A DNA stretch of 64,000 nucleotides from Blepharisma stoltei ATCC 30299 (GCA_965603825.1 CBFDEM010000013.1:310001-374000); one strand, 5' to 3'; positions 10,948 to 23,400 are shown, numbered from the stretch's first letter. Numbers and translations: made by a program. Notes: generated by a model not told the origin, from the sequence alone.

Positions 10948-12441
10948 ATGTCAAGTTTACCTATAAGATCGCTTTGGACACTTTATCTTGTCTCTAAACA
11001 ACTTATGCTTACACATGGTGATTTAATTGATTCCATCGATCAAGTTCTGAATGAATGCAGCTCAGTTATAAGCTTTGAAAGCGAATATGAAAATATCCAA
11101 CAAATTGCCCATAAGCAGTTTTTAGCACAAACAAAATTGCAAAGTCCAGGAGCAAATAAATCAAAGATTGGGACTTTTGATTGTAAAATATTGCGATATA
11201 TAGCAAAAGTTTTCCAGATTTTATTCCCTCCTAAGAAATCTCTGAGAAGAGGACTAGCTTTTTTATTATTAATTTTACTATTGAACTATCTATTCGATGA
11301 CAGAAACTTTATAATCGTTGGAGTTGTGAGCATTTTGACCTTGATTTTTATAAAAATATTTTTCACTTATGATAAGCCGACACAGAATCAAGAGCTAATG
11401 GAAAACTTTTCGTTTATTGAGAATGGATCATTTGTAGAATGCAGTCAAATCTCTCTGAACCCTGGAGATATCATTTTAGTAGGATATAAAGCTTATATCT
11501 TTAAAAAATTGAGTTTGTCAAGCACCAAACATAAAAAACTGAAACCCCACAATAAAGAGACAGCTCAGCTGAGGATTATAATTTTCAAAAGAACAAGGAA
11601 TTGTTTTAACTCTGAAAATAAAATACACTTATCTGAGAACTTCGCAGAAGACCTAATAAAAGCTGAAATGGAATTTGAGTCGTCCTTTAGCTTAGAAACT
11701 TTTTCTCTGCTAATTCAGCTCTATGCATATGCAGTAAAATTTTATGAAAATATAAAAGAATCCAAAAGAAAGTTCTTTAAGCACCGCCTACAATCTTTAT
11801 TGTCAAAAATAGACTTGACGAAGCTCTCTCAATTCCATTTTCAGTATTTAGAAGATGAAAACCAAAAACAGCACAGATCACATGCAAAACAAAGAAAATT
11901 AAAGCAGGAAAATCATCCATTTGACGACATTTGTGTTAATTATGGATCTTCTAATCACGGAGCTATAGTAATTCATGAAATTAAAGCGGAAGAAGCAATT
12001 GCAAGACATCACAAAAACAATAAATCAATTTGCAGTAGAGTTCAAGAAAACATGAAAAATCAATCTGAAGACTTAAGCATGAGAATTGGCAAAAGAAAGC
12101 GGACTTTATTGAACCAATCGTTTAGCCTCAATATGTCTAATATATCAGACAGATCAGATCTAGAAGATTTTGAGGTGAAATTCGAGCTTTATCAAATAGA
12201 ACTTGAAAAAATGATGGATCAGTTCGTTGATAAAGCTATAAATAAAGCTCTAGAAATTAAGACCAAATATAAAGAAGTATTGAAAAACCTAGAGAGCATT
12301 GAAAATGTGCTAATTCAAACTAAAAGACGTGTAGAGACAGAAAGGGCAATGCAGCAAGAAATTGATGAAGTGAATAAGAAAATTGATGAGGAAAAAAAGC
12401 AAGCAATTTTGGAGCTCAGACAAAAATTCAAATTAATATAA
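10948..12441 (+). CDS. Hypothetical membrane protein (2 TM, LNPGDIILV motif, C-terminal coiled coil)
   Basis: Uninterrupted 497-aa ORF with two hydrophobic helices near aa 100-140. Confidence 0.7.
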   Translation: MSSLPIRSLWTLYLVSKQLMLTHGDLIDSIDQVLNECSSVISFESEYENIQQIAHKQFLAQTKLQSPGANKSKIGTFDCKILRYIAKVFQILFPPKKSLRRGLAFLLLILLLNYLFDDRNFIIVGVVSILTLIFIKIFFTYDKPTQNQELMENFSFIENGSFVECSQISLNPGDIILVGYKAYIFKKLSLSSTKHKKLKPHNKETAQLRIIIFKRTRNCFNSENKIHLSENFAEDLIKAEMEFESSFSLETFSLLIQLYAYAVKFYENIKESKRKFFKHRLQSLLSKIDLTKLSQFHFQYLEDENQKQHRSHAKQRKLKQENHPFDDICVNYGSSNHGAIVIHEIKAEEAIARHHKNNKSICSRVQENMKNQSEDLSMRIGKRKRTLLNQSFSLNMSNISDRSDLEDFEVKFELYQIELEKMMDQFVDKAINKALEIKTKYKEVLKNLESIENVLIQTKRRVETERAMQQEIDEVNKKIDEEKKQAILELRQKFKLI

Positions 12442-12603
12442 AATAGATATATATAAATACCATAATTACGAATTCTCTAAAATCAGGCGTAGCATTAATC
12501 GAATTCTTTTTAACTATCGCCATAATTTTTGTAAAATCTTATGGCCTAGACTTAACAGAATTTCTTAAGAAATTAAAAAAATAGTTAAACCTGCAAAGGT
12601 AAT

Positions 12604-13560
12604 ATGGACTCTAATGAAAACAATAACTCCGTTTTACAGGAAACACAGCAATTTTCTCCTGTACGCTTAAGCTTTGTTGATGAAAAAGAAGCTAAAGAAA
12701 TATCGATAACAAGGAGAAAAAGCTCAGTTGCTAGTTTGACCAGCTATCTGTCAGACAATAGCTCTCAAAACAGCCCAGTTTCAAAATCTAGAACAAGCCT
12801 AACTGCGCAGCCTGTAAGGCTCATCACTAACTCAAATAATAATATTGGCCTAGATAAATCTAGATTTATTTCCCAAGTGGACGAGCACTTTATATGCAAA
12901 CTCTGCTCTTATGTTGTAAGGGACCCAGTCGAATGTGACTGCTGTGAAAATTTAATATGCCAGGACTGCTGGTTTAACTTTGGCCACTGCCCTCATGGCT
13001 GCTCAGAATTTGCAACAAAAAAGCTTGCCAAATATGCGGCAAGCGTATACTCAAATTTTACATTAAAATGTAAAAACCACATCCTTGGCTGCCCTTACTC
13101 AGGACCCATCTCTAAAATTCTTTCGCATGAAGAAGACTGCTTATACGTATTTATAAAGTGCCAAAACCCTCTCTGTGAAAAGCAGCTTCTCAAGGCTGAA
13201 AAATACGAAGATCCTGATTCCTTGCTAGTTTGCTGTGATACATGCAGGCATATTGTTGAGTTTTCTAATGAAAACTTTGAAGATCCAATAGACGTGCTGA
13301 AGAGCTTTGCTTATCATTTAGATGAAGCAAAAAAGATAATAGAAGCTGAAATCCAAGAAAAAATGAAAGAAAAAATACAGAAAATTGCAAAGGATAAGAA
13401 ATTAATTACAGAAGCAAACTCTGAAAATGAAAGACTGCAGGAGAAGATACACAAGAGGATAAGCTTTTATCACTCTGGAAGATGGAACGTTAATAGCAGA
13501 CTTTGGAGCTGCTGTGGGAATACCAATAAATATGCAAATGGGTGCCGAGAAATTGATTAA
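12604..13560 (+). CDS. RING + TRAF/SIAH-type zinc finger protein with C-terminal BTK-type Zn motif
   Basis: CKLC..VVRDPVEC..CENLICQDC RING; CKNHILGC...HEEDC; C-terminal HSGRW..RLWSCC...GC. Confidence 0.8.
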   Translation: MDSNENNNSVLQETQQFSPVRLSFVDEKEAKEISITRRKSSVASLTSYLSDNSSQNSPVSKSRTSLTAQPVRLITNSNNNIGLDKSRFISQVDEHFICKLCSYVVRDPVECDCCENLICQDCWFNFGHCPHGCSEFATKKLAKYAASVYSNFTLKCKNHILGCPYSGPISKILSHEEDCLYVFIKCQNPLCEKQLLKAEKYEDPDSLLVCCDTCRHIVEFSNENFEDPIDVLKSFAYHLDEAKKIIEAEIQEKMKEKIQKIAKDKKLITEANSENERLQEKIHKRISFYHSGRWNVNSRLWSCCGNTNKYANGCREID

Positions 13561-13584
13561 TGATTAAATTTAATCTATACAAAA

Positions 13585-14742
13585 TTACTCCTTAACGATT
13601 TTCATCATATTTTGGATTTTGGTCAGTCGCCTTTGGATTTCATCAGAATCATAGGAGGTGTTATGGATATGCTTTTCAGACTTGTTGGGGGAAATGGAGG
13701 ATTGGAAGGATTTTCTTGAGTCTTCGGAGGTTCTTAGCTTTGAAAAAGAGTCAGCACTTTTTCTCATTGATTCTGGCTTAACTGAAGTTGATCTTTTCAT
13801 AGGCTTTGGAGGAGGCTCACATCTATACCTATCAAATAAAGCTCTTAACTCTGACTCAAGCTGAAGAATTCGTGATTTATCCTTTTTTGAGACTAATTTA
13901 AGCTCTTTTATTTCGCTTCTGTTCATTTCTATTTCCTCGTTAAGTCTTTCAATTAGTTTTTTCTGCTCCTCAATTTCTTGTAGCAACGACTTTGTGCTTC
14001 CCCATTTATTTTTTTCTCTCTCAGCCTCTTCAAGCTGCTCGATGATCATATCCATATGTCCTCTAATCTTATCAAGCTCGTGCACCATCCCATCATTTTC
14101 CTTTTGCAAGGTTTTGTTTTCTTTTAAACTCTCTGCCTTAGCTTTTTCTAACTCTCTTATAATTTCTCCTTTTTCCTTATTTTCGTTTCCTAAAATTTCT
14201 AATTCAGCTCTCAATTCTTCTATTTGTGCTTTTAAAAAGCTGTTTTCTTTAAGAGTCTTCGAAATTTCCATTTGATGTGGTTCCATTGATGTTTTCAAAA
14301 TGTCAACCTCTTTCTTTAACCTACTAATTGTTTTTTGTAGAGAGCTTGAGTCTAAAACAGTCTGAGTATTTAAAGGTAGAGGATAATGAACTTTATCGAA
14401 CTCTCCAACATATGTGATGATAAAATACAGTTTTGATGATGAGTGGTAAGAAGAAGTGTTTCTCAGCTGATCTAGGTCTTCGTGATTTAAAATGTCAACT
14501 ACTACTGCACTACTTGTGCCTTCTAAGCCTGAAATAAGCATTTTAGTAAAAATGCTAAACTTTTTGAAGTTCCCTGTTTTTAGTGTAAGCTCTTCTATAA
14601 AGGAAGGGGAGAATTCACCTATTCAAGATTTTTCAGATAGTTTTTCTTGGACTGATATATTTAGCTGGGATGAGCTTAGCTTGATTTCTACTATAAGAAG
14701 CTTCGAATGGAAAAGCGCTTCAATTGTTTTTTCGTATTCCAT
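13585..14742 (-). CDS. CCDC61: CCDC61/VFL3 centriolar protein (~385 aa)
   Basis: W(TGA 14623-14625)IGEFSPSFIEELTLKTGNFKKFSIFTKML and YFIITYVGEFDKVHYPLPL motifs; ATG at 14742. Confidence 0.88.
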
Positions 14743-14985
14743 TTATAAATGAGAAAGCTTTGATTATTAAAGAACTAGTTTTAAGAATTGCAACTATTGC
14801 AATTAATAATAAAAATTAATTAAAATATAAATTAATAAAACATTTTTAGCCTAAAGAAAGATTAACCCGAGAAATTAATTGCAATCGAAAAATTGCAAAA
14901 ATTGGCTTCCTTAGTCTTAAAGTATCAAAATTGTCTAAATGTTGTATCGTTTGCATTCAAATCATGACTATTATAATTGGTAAAA

Positions 14986-15207
14986 ATGAAGGAGCTGATA
15001 ACCTTAAGCCTTTTACTTGGACTCGCAAGCGCAGCAACAAATTCAACAAGCAGTAATGATATCCCAATCAATCCAGCCGCACTTTCAGGTATTCTAATTG
15101 TCTTGATGCTATTGGTTTTCTTGTATGTTGGAATGAAAGCTCTGGCAGGTATTGAAGGACCAACTACATACTCGAATGTTCCACTAATGGTCGGCAAAGA
15201 AAAATAA
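14986..15207 (+). CDS. Small signal-peptide + single-TM protein resembling the V-ATPase Ac45/VOA1 C-terminal TM domain (73 aa)
   Basis: Signal peptide MKELITLSLLLGLASA, then INPAALSGILIVLMLLVFLYVGMKALAGIEGPTTY. Confidence 0.6.
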   Translation: MKELITLSLLLGLASAATNSTSSNDIPINPAALSGILIVLMLLVFLYVGMKALAGIEGPTTYSNVPLMVGKEK

Positions 15208-15448
15208 GATCATTTTAATTATCAATATTTAGGCATATAAATCTTATAAAGAGGACTTCAGGTCACATCTATATGAGTTTCAATCAAATTTTTCTTTTTA
15301 AGCCTTCTTTATGAAAAAGTTGAACATAAGTTCTTATATCTGATAAAGATAAGTCTTATAATTTTCTGCTGTCAAATTTTATTTCTTGGTTGAGAATAAT
15401 TAAAATTTAATACTTGTAGCGTAGTCATAAACTCAACTTATTTATAAA

Positions 15449-15736
15449 ATGTCCTTTGATGGCCGACTTTCTTTTCTGAAGAAGCAAATTGACGACTTAA
15501 AAAATGAAATCCGTAAAGACTCTGTAAAAGAATTAGCATTATCACAAAGAAATGAGGTAGCAACTCAGAAAATTAAAGAAATTTCAAAAAAATCAGTCCA
15601 TGGCAATTGTATAAAAGATATGAATTTTAAAGGAAAGAAAAGATTAGGTGGATTTTCCTGCCAACTGTGCCAGTCATTACTTTCTGCAGGGCATTCTACA
15701 GGTAGCTGCAAACATCATCAAAAGCAAGTGAGATAA
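15449..15736 (+). CDS. Small hypothetical protein (coiled coil + Cys/His cluster)
   Basis: ATG in AT-rich AAAATG context, TAA stop, CQLC...H...CKHH. Confidence 0.6.
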   Translation: MSFDGRLSFLKKQIDDLKNEIRKDSVKELALSQRNEVATQKIKEISKKSVHGNCIKDMNFKGKKRLGGFSCQLCQSLLSAGHSTGSCKHHQKQVR

Positions 15737-15765
15737 TATTAATAACTGACTGATACATAAATTTA

Positions 15766-18700
15766 TTAAATCCGTAATCTATCTGGGTTAGGAACAGGGC
15801 TAGAAAAATACGATGCATCTACTTTTTTCCCTGCAACTTCGTTAAAGTCATCAATATAGTCATGGATTGTTTTTGGGACTGGAAGCAAAACTCCTCTCTT
15901 TTTAGCACTTAAATCAGATTTTCCTGTTCTACAAGTAATAGGGGTGGTTGAATATGAAGAATAGCATGATCTTCACGAATAATCTGTCTTGCTTCCACTT
16001 TCTCGTTGCAGTGAAACAGTTATGTCAAGTTCTTTTTGCCTTTCTAAGTTGCTAATCCAAGCAACAAATGCATTTGCTAGCCTCCTAATAAAAGCTTTTT
16101 TAAAGAGATAGTCAACCTTCACGTATTTATATATTCTTTCCCGCTCACTTTTATCGTGAATTCTATGGAAGCTTGAATAAATTAATTTATTGTTTGATTT
16201 TTCAATCGCTGATGCTAATAAATCAGTAAATTTGAAAAGTTTATACACTCTTTCTAAAGTTTTTGAGTATGAATAAATTTTTCTGAATGATTTTTTCTTG
16301 TTGTTTAAGGACCGGTTTTGAGATATTTTTAAAAGTTTTGTGTAGAGAGCAATTGCAGCCTTAACATTTATTTTAGGTCTTGAGTTGTGTTTGTGTTTGA
16401 TGGAAAATTTGTTATTCTTGATAGACTCAAAAGAATCTTTTATAATTTTTTTACATTTTGGTTTTAATATTTCAGTAAGAATAGTCAAGCACGCTTTTGC
16501 ACCATATTTATGTTTTTGTTTGTTATGACGAGTTGACATTAAACTCTCTTCTTGAATGCATTTGAAGGACATATACTTTTGCTTAAATAATGCGAGCTCA
16601 AGCATAGTCTCAACTTTATTTGTGAAAGAAAAAACAAACTTGTTATCAATAGCTTTATATCTTTTCACTTCATGTCCTTTATGAGAATTCTTGAATGTTA
16701 GCTTTGTGTAGTTGTTATCTTTAGAGTGAAATTCACTTCTTATACCCAGTAAAATGCTGAAAATGTAAGAATTTATAGAAGAAATTTTTTCTTGGATAAT
16801 TTTGGTCATTAAAGTCAATTTTTGTGTATATTTTTTTCTTTTTAGTGAATATAAGATAATACTATTGAAAGAATTCTGAAGCTTAGCCCTTTTGATAGCT
16901 TTGTGAGATGCTAATGCCAATACATTTGCAGATCTCTTTTTAAATAGCTCTTTTTCATCATAGTAAGGATCATCCTTCAAAAGTATTGCAGTTACAAAAT
17001 CTTTTTCTGACATTGGCTCTTCAGAGTCTAATGATACAATGCTAAGCGATTTATAAGAATAAGGAACTTTTTGATTTCTGATTTTTTGGGCTTCCAAAGC
17101 ATTTAGAATAAGTGTCTCGAATAAACAATTGATTAAATAATTAACATGGCTTTTCTTATTGTCTGTAAAGTCTTTCAATATACTAAATGTCAATCTTTGA
17201 GTGCAAATGCGATGACAGGATAAAATGGCTTTAATAAAATCATCAATTTGTTTATTTTTTCATGCTATTTCACTTTTTATTTCAATAGAGCTTTGATGTT
17301 GAAGACTAAAATAACTGTGGTTTAAGTACGAGTAAGAATCATCATCTGTATGATTATTTATGGAAAGTATTTGCTGTCCAGCACTTTCTGTAACTGACGA
17401 CGATACGTCTGTTTTAAAGCTTTCAATCGAATCTTTTGGATGTAGCTCTTTTGATGGTGTAAAGGACTTTGGTTTCAAAGAATTAAGATGGGAGATTTCT
17501 TTTTTATTAAGCCTCTCTTTTTCTTCATTATTTATGCTAATTTCACAGCAATTAATTGGGCCAGTGATCCTTATAATTGGCACTTTACTATTCAAAATAT
17601 TAGATCCTCCATTAATTTCATTTTGACTGGCTGCTTCTATTCTTTTAGGCTTTTCCAATATAATATTGTCCAAGTTTTTGTCTCTAAAAGCTAAAGGTAA
17701 CACCTCGAATTTATTACCTTCATTATCTTTACACAATTGGCTATTTTTTTTAGAAATTTGATTTTGAGCAGTCAAATCTATCATAGAATCGCCCAGTCAG
17801 CTTTCTTCTCCACTTGGTGTGAAATTTTCCACTTCATTAAAATTAGCCGGCTTAATTGGGCTTTCATCAATAGATTCAATCTTTTGTCTTTCCTGAGCTT
17901 GGCTTCTTAACTTTCGCTTTTCTCTATTTCTTTCCGAAAAGCTTCCAGCTTTCTTTGGAATATCAAGCATTATGATTTCTTCATTTTTCGTATCTGAGCT
18001 GTTCTTTTCAATCTTATCAAATTCTAACTGCAGGCTATCTTTCCCAATACTTTCCGCTTGAGCCTGATTTCTCAATTTTGCTTTATTTTTGACAGGACTT
18101 AAAACTCTTACATAGTCTGTTCAGAAAACAAATTCTTTCTTTGGAGACTCGTCTGCTTCTTTTTCATTTATTTCACATGCTGATTTATCTAGTAAATCTT
18201 CAACTTCATTGATAGAAGTTTCTCCAAAAAGATTAAAGCTGCTTTCATCACACATAAGTCTGCTAGATTCGTTTTCTGGATTGAAAGACAGAATTGTTTT
18301 GCTTAAATCCTCATCACTTTTGGCTAAGCCAAATATTGAGATACTGGTTAGCTGAGAAAAAGAAAGCTTAGTAATAGAGCTTTCTATTGAAGATCCTCCG
18401 AAATCAGATACTTGCTTATTTTGAGTATTTTGCATCTGGCTTGTTTTAAATGATGGAGTTATTACTCCAATTGTTTCATCTATATTTTCTTCTTTTGCTG
18501 GATTCCCAGAACGAAGCTTTTTATGCATTGGAGGCTTTTTGCTAGAAACTGTTGGGACTTTTTCAGCCATTTCTATAAGTCCATCTTCATATGTGCCTAT
18601 AATTATTTTAAAAGGCTTTTCAAAAGCAAAATAAAAGATTGTCTGCTCTAGCCCAGCAAGGATTTTTCTTGCAGTATAAAGGCTTCATTTTTCACTAGGA

Positions 18701-19515
18701 GTATGCTGCAAAATAGATGAAGCTGACATATTTCTAGTATGAGTTTTTTCTTTCTTTCATATCTTAAAAGGAGATTTGCAGTTTTTTATTTCAGATTTTT
18801 TGATTAATCGTGATAAGAAATTTTTAGATCTTGCATGAGACTTTCCACCTATTAAAAATCTCCCAAAATGCTTTCCAAGGCCCCTTTTGAATATTTTGAT
18901 ACAGTTATTAAGACTTGCAAGAGATTTATATTCATTAATCATCATTTTATTTCTCCAATACAAAAAAGTCTTCTCTTTTACTAGTTTCTCATTTTTATTT
19001 TTTAAAGCTTCAGCTATTTCTTTTGTTCTTTTTTTACTATAATCTGTACATCTAACAATAGTATCCGTTTCATTATCTTTTTTTAAAGGCAAATCAATAC
19101 TTTTACAATCATCAACCCGTGCCTCATTTGCTATGAACTCAGGTGAGCTAAAAGTGCTTTTTATCGCATTTCTCGGTCCTTCAATTTGATGCAATTTTGA
19201 TTCTCTTTTGAATTCTTTGAAAATGCATTTTATCATGTTAAATGCAAACTTCACCTTTTTGGATAAAGCTTTTTTAGCTATCAACGAAAATTTTAAAGTA
19301 AATACCAGCTCTCTCGGCTGAAAGTAGCCATCTCCACTGTCAGTTAGCGCGTGCAATATTTCATTAGTGTGCTCTTCTCCAAAGCACTCATTCAAAATCA
19401 TGATCAATTCAGAAATCAAGGTCTGTACACGCTGTTGTCCAATTAGCTGCTGCTGGCATACATCACTAATTAACGAGACTGCTTTTCTTATTTTGATTTC
19501 TTTTGACTTGTCCAT
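15766..19515 (-). CDS. Large hypothetical protein (~1249 aa)
   Basis: Five listed ORFs share one frame and join through TGA at 18757, 18685, 18121, 17797, 17260 and 15973; first TAA at 15766-15768. Confidence 0.8.
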
Positions 19516-19544
19516 TTTATTAAGTTTATTTGAATATTAGTAAA

Positions 19545-20081
19545 TTATTCTGCCAATTGAGATGTTAAGTCCTTTGGTAATAAATGAGCGATTTCTTTAC
19601 CGATCTGCCGAAGTCTCATTGCTGTATAAGTGAACACATTATTTGCGTCGATTTTTTTAGTCAGTATTTCTGCGAATATTAGCTGAAAAGCCATGGCAAG
19701 GCCGCTGTCGTCAAGGTATTTTTCAAACATATGAAGCTGTCTGTTAACTTGTTCTTCGATTTCTGCTTCTTTTTTCCTTTGCATTTCGACAGATTCAAGC
19801 TGGTCTAGCATCTCTTCAAGGACTCTTCTTAATAGTTGTACGAATTCACTGAGTGACACTTTTCCATCCTTGTTTCTGTCGATTTCTTGAAGAGCGTTAT
19901 TTGCTTGCTCCATTGTTGGTTGAGGCGCGTTAATGGACCTTGCAGCGTTGACCATAACATTGTAAAGCTCTTCCTGGTCAATAAATCCAGATTTGTCCGA
20001 GTCCATTGCATCAAACGAGTTTTTGGCGACCCTATTGAGACTTTGATCATTACTTAGCAGTTTTCTAACTTCTTCAGCCAT
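19545..20081 (-). CDS. Two-EF-hand Ca2+-binding protein with C-terminal helical (Dpy-30/RIIa-like) segment
   Basis: DSDKSGFIDQEE and DRNKDGKVSLSE loops; YLDDSGLAMAFQLIFAEIL tail. Confidence 0.85.
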   Translation of the reverse strand: MAEEVRKLLSNDQSLNRVAKNSFDAMDSDKSGFIDQEELYNVMVNAARSINAPQPTMEQANNALQEIDRNKDGKVSLSEFVQLLRRVLEEMLDQLESVEMQRKKEAEIEEQVNRQLHMFEKYLDDSGLAMAFQLIFAEILTKKIDANNVFTYTAMRLRQIGKEIAHLLPKDLTSQLAE

Positions 20082-20085
20082 TTTA

Positions 20086-21309
20086 TTATTTTTTCTGTCT
20101 AACTAATATCGAGACACCTTCTTTGGAGATGTTTGAAAGGCTTACTCTTGCTTGCTTAGGGCGGACAGCATAAAAGTACTCTCCATCAATTTGCATGTAA
20201 ACCCTCACTTCTTCTTCATCATCCATTGGAGCAAAATTCAAAACAAAAGGTCCAGCTCCTTGATTAAGCTTTGTAGCTCTGCCGCCTAAACCTGGAACTT
20301 GTTCTAATCCCAAATCAAAATTGCCTCTAAAATACATTGACTCTAGCAGCCCATCTCTTGGGTTTTGTGGCTGAAAAGTGGAATTACTTTTGGATTTAGC
20401 CTTATCTCATACATAATGATCTTGTCCTGCATAAGTTCTGGAGTTCAGCATTAGGAAAACTGAGGTATTTCGTGGCAAATTTGTTTCACCAGGCGCTGAG
20501 TTATCGAAAATAACTTTATTTTCAGCTTCGATGAATGAATTTACCATGGTCTTTAGTTTTGGGACCCTTAGGCAGCACATTTTTTTGAAGCCTTCCCAAA
20601 CGTAGATGCATTTATTAAAGCATTTTTTCTTAGATCTTCGCTTATCAAATCCTAGCCCAATTCTAGCATCAAGTCCGATGCTAAAATAATTAGTCATAAG
20701 TCTTTGGTAAGATTTTGAAATATTCCCATTATCATCGGTGATGTTTTTTCTTTCAAATCCATGCACATGCTTGCTAATTTTTTGAAAGTAACCGTTTTCC
20801 TCAACGTCTATTTCAATACTCCATATATCGAGGTTCTGAGGAGTCGCTTCCATTCACGTTTGGATGCTATTTTTTAAGCCTTCCAATGAGTTTCCAATTA
20901 AATGTGACATCGGACTTCTCCCCCACCCTAGCATACAAGAAAGATCATTCCCAGTGCCAAAAGGGAGGATACCTAAGTCAACTTTTTTAATATCTATCTC
21001 AGACCTCAGCAATTCTTCGATGATCCAAATTAAACTCCCATCACCTCCTGCAACAACTACTCTTATTTTTTCATCCGTTTTGCTCATAAGCGAAGCTATT
21101 TTTTGTGTGCCTTCTCTTCTCCCTTTGTCTGAAGTTAACTCATAAATATACAATTTTACTGCAGAGTTTTCGACTTCAAAAGCCAAGGCTTTTGAATAGA
21201 GCTGAAGATATTTCCGTGCTTGATTGCTGCCAGATAGAGGATTAGCGAATAAAATAATTTTCTTCTTTGTTGAGAGTTTAACCTTATCGGCTGATATAAG
21301 TGAGTCCAT
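20086..21309 (-). CDS. DGK: Diacylglycerol kinase (catalytic + accessory domains, ~407 aa)
   Basis: FANPLSG, VAGGDGS, LPFGTGNDLS, NYFSIGLDA, DGLLE and MQIDGE motifs; joined through TGA 20854-20856 and 20407-20409. Confidence 0.92.
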
Positions 21310-22182
21310 TTTTAGAATATAATTAGCTATGGAGAATATTTAGCACATACAAAGAAAATAATCCTATAAAAATATATTTTTTATCTATTAAGAAGAAACT
21401 AATTTAAATATTAATGTAGTTTTTATATAATGTGATTCAACATTAAGCATATATATTATTTGACCGTGAGCAAACAGTTTTGAACATTTTAACGAAAGAT
21501 TCACTATATCTTCCATCTTTGCTAATAAATCATTTATTAGATAAATAATTTACCCATAAGCTAAGAGTTAATATTCATTCGAAAATTAAAATCTTTCTTT
21601 TTTTCGAGAAAACAACTTTTCTTCATATAAAGAATGATTGCAAATGTTATATCTCGATTTTAGGTCTAATTATTTGACTCATTAATGTTAATAGAAAAAA
21701 AATCTTCTATGGAAAACTGAATTTTTGCACTATTTAAATGCTGTGAAGCAGAAAAATTAAAAGAGAAATTATATTCATAATTTATTTTTCTTAATTCATA
21801 ATTTTCAAAGCTTCAGATTAAGCTTTTCTTGCTCATTAAATTGATTATTAGAGATTATAAAGTTTGAAATTTTATAAAAGAATAATATAGGAATGAGAAA
21901 TATTGAGATAAATAAAGCTCACAACAGGATATCTCTAAGGAATATATTGATAAATATCCTTTGAATAAAATTACTGTGCTGCAAATATATTTTACCATTT
22001 AAAAGGGTAAATTAAAGAAAAAATTCAACTACTTTTTCTCAACTTGAAAATCTTTTTAGCTTTGCAGATTAAAATCTATCAACCTAATCACAGTTTTAAT
22101 GATTAAGCAGTTCTAAATAGCTTTTTAAATTGTTTCTACACATGTTTGGACTCTTAATAAATTTTAAATTATCATACTGACC

Positions 22183-23400
22183 ATGGACTCTGAGTTGACA
22201 ATTACAAGCTTTTCAAGCACATATGTCAAAGAAGAGGATATTCCATCAGGAGAGCAAACTTTGGCATCAATAGCAAAACCAGAACCAGTTCCGAGTGATG
22301 ACATCATTCCAAATTCAAAAATTTCAAAGCGAGGAAGATCTCTCAGTCTTTCCAATATCGGATCAATGGTAAAAAACATTAATTTTAGAGTTTTCAATAG
22401 AAGCAAAACAGACAAAAACAGTGATCCATCTCAAAAAGAGTGAGAAGGAAAACACAAAGGGTCTGCCAGAGTCAGATCAATGAGTGTTTCTGATATATCA
22501 TATGAAAGGAAAAAAATAAAAACACTTAAGTCAAAACCCATAAAAGATGACATAGAGCTTATTCATTTCAAAGAAGACAAAAAACAAAAAATATTTGACA
22601 TTGAAATTCTTGACCCAGAAGCAGTGCAACAATCAATGAGACTTCATAAAACCAATGAAGTTACAATCGAGCATGCAATTGCCAAGATTGAAGAAGTAAA
22701 GATAAACGAAGAAGCTTCAGCTGAACGTATTAAAATTTTTGATTTCATTGTGAATATTTTCAAGTCAAAGACCCCTTTAGACTCAACTCATGTTTTAGGG
22801 GAAAAAAAGATTTTAAAATTCGCTGAAATTGAATTTGACGATAAAAATTATTTCCATCGTTCTTTAATTATGACAGTTTGGAAGAACTTGATGTCTACAA
22901 CAAAAGATTGCTCTATCATTGGAGAGCATTGGAAGCAGCTTGGCTTTACTGGAAATTCTCCTGGAGAAGATTTATTATCTGTCGGACCTTTTGGATTGGT
23001 TTGCATAATATTTTTGCTTCAAAAATTCCCAGTTTTAGCGAAAGATATTTTCACTTATTCTCAAAGCCCAATTCATTATTTTCCTTTCGCTAAAATTTCT
23101 ATTCAACTATCTGAAAAATCATTAAAATACTTAAAAGAGGGAATATTGAATAAAATTATAAACAAAAACAAATATATTTTTGCCACTGTACTCGAATTCT
23201 ATTGTGGAGCTTTTATGGTTTGGCTCAATAATTATAGGAATAAGAAATGGGTTGGGGACTACGAGCCAGAGTTTATCTATGAAAGAACTCATGGGGTTAC
23301 CGAAGCGTTTATCAAGCAAAATCCTGGTGAGACTGTTAAAATGGCACAGGTGTTGTATAAAAATTCAAAGTATGCAAGCTTTTTAAATACTTATGAATAA
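22183..23400 (+). CDS. ELMO/CED-12 domain protein (~405 aa)
   Basis: HWKQLGFTGNSPGEDLLSVGPFGLVCI and YFPFA motifs; N-terminal ORF joined through TGA 22441-22443. Confidence 0.85.
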
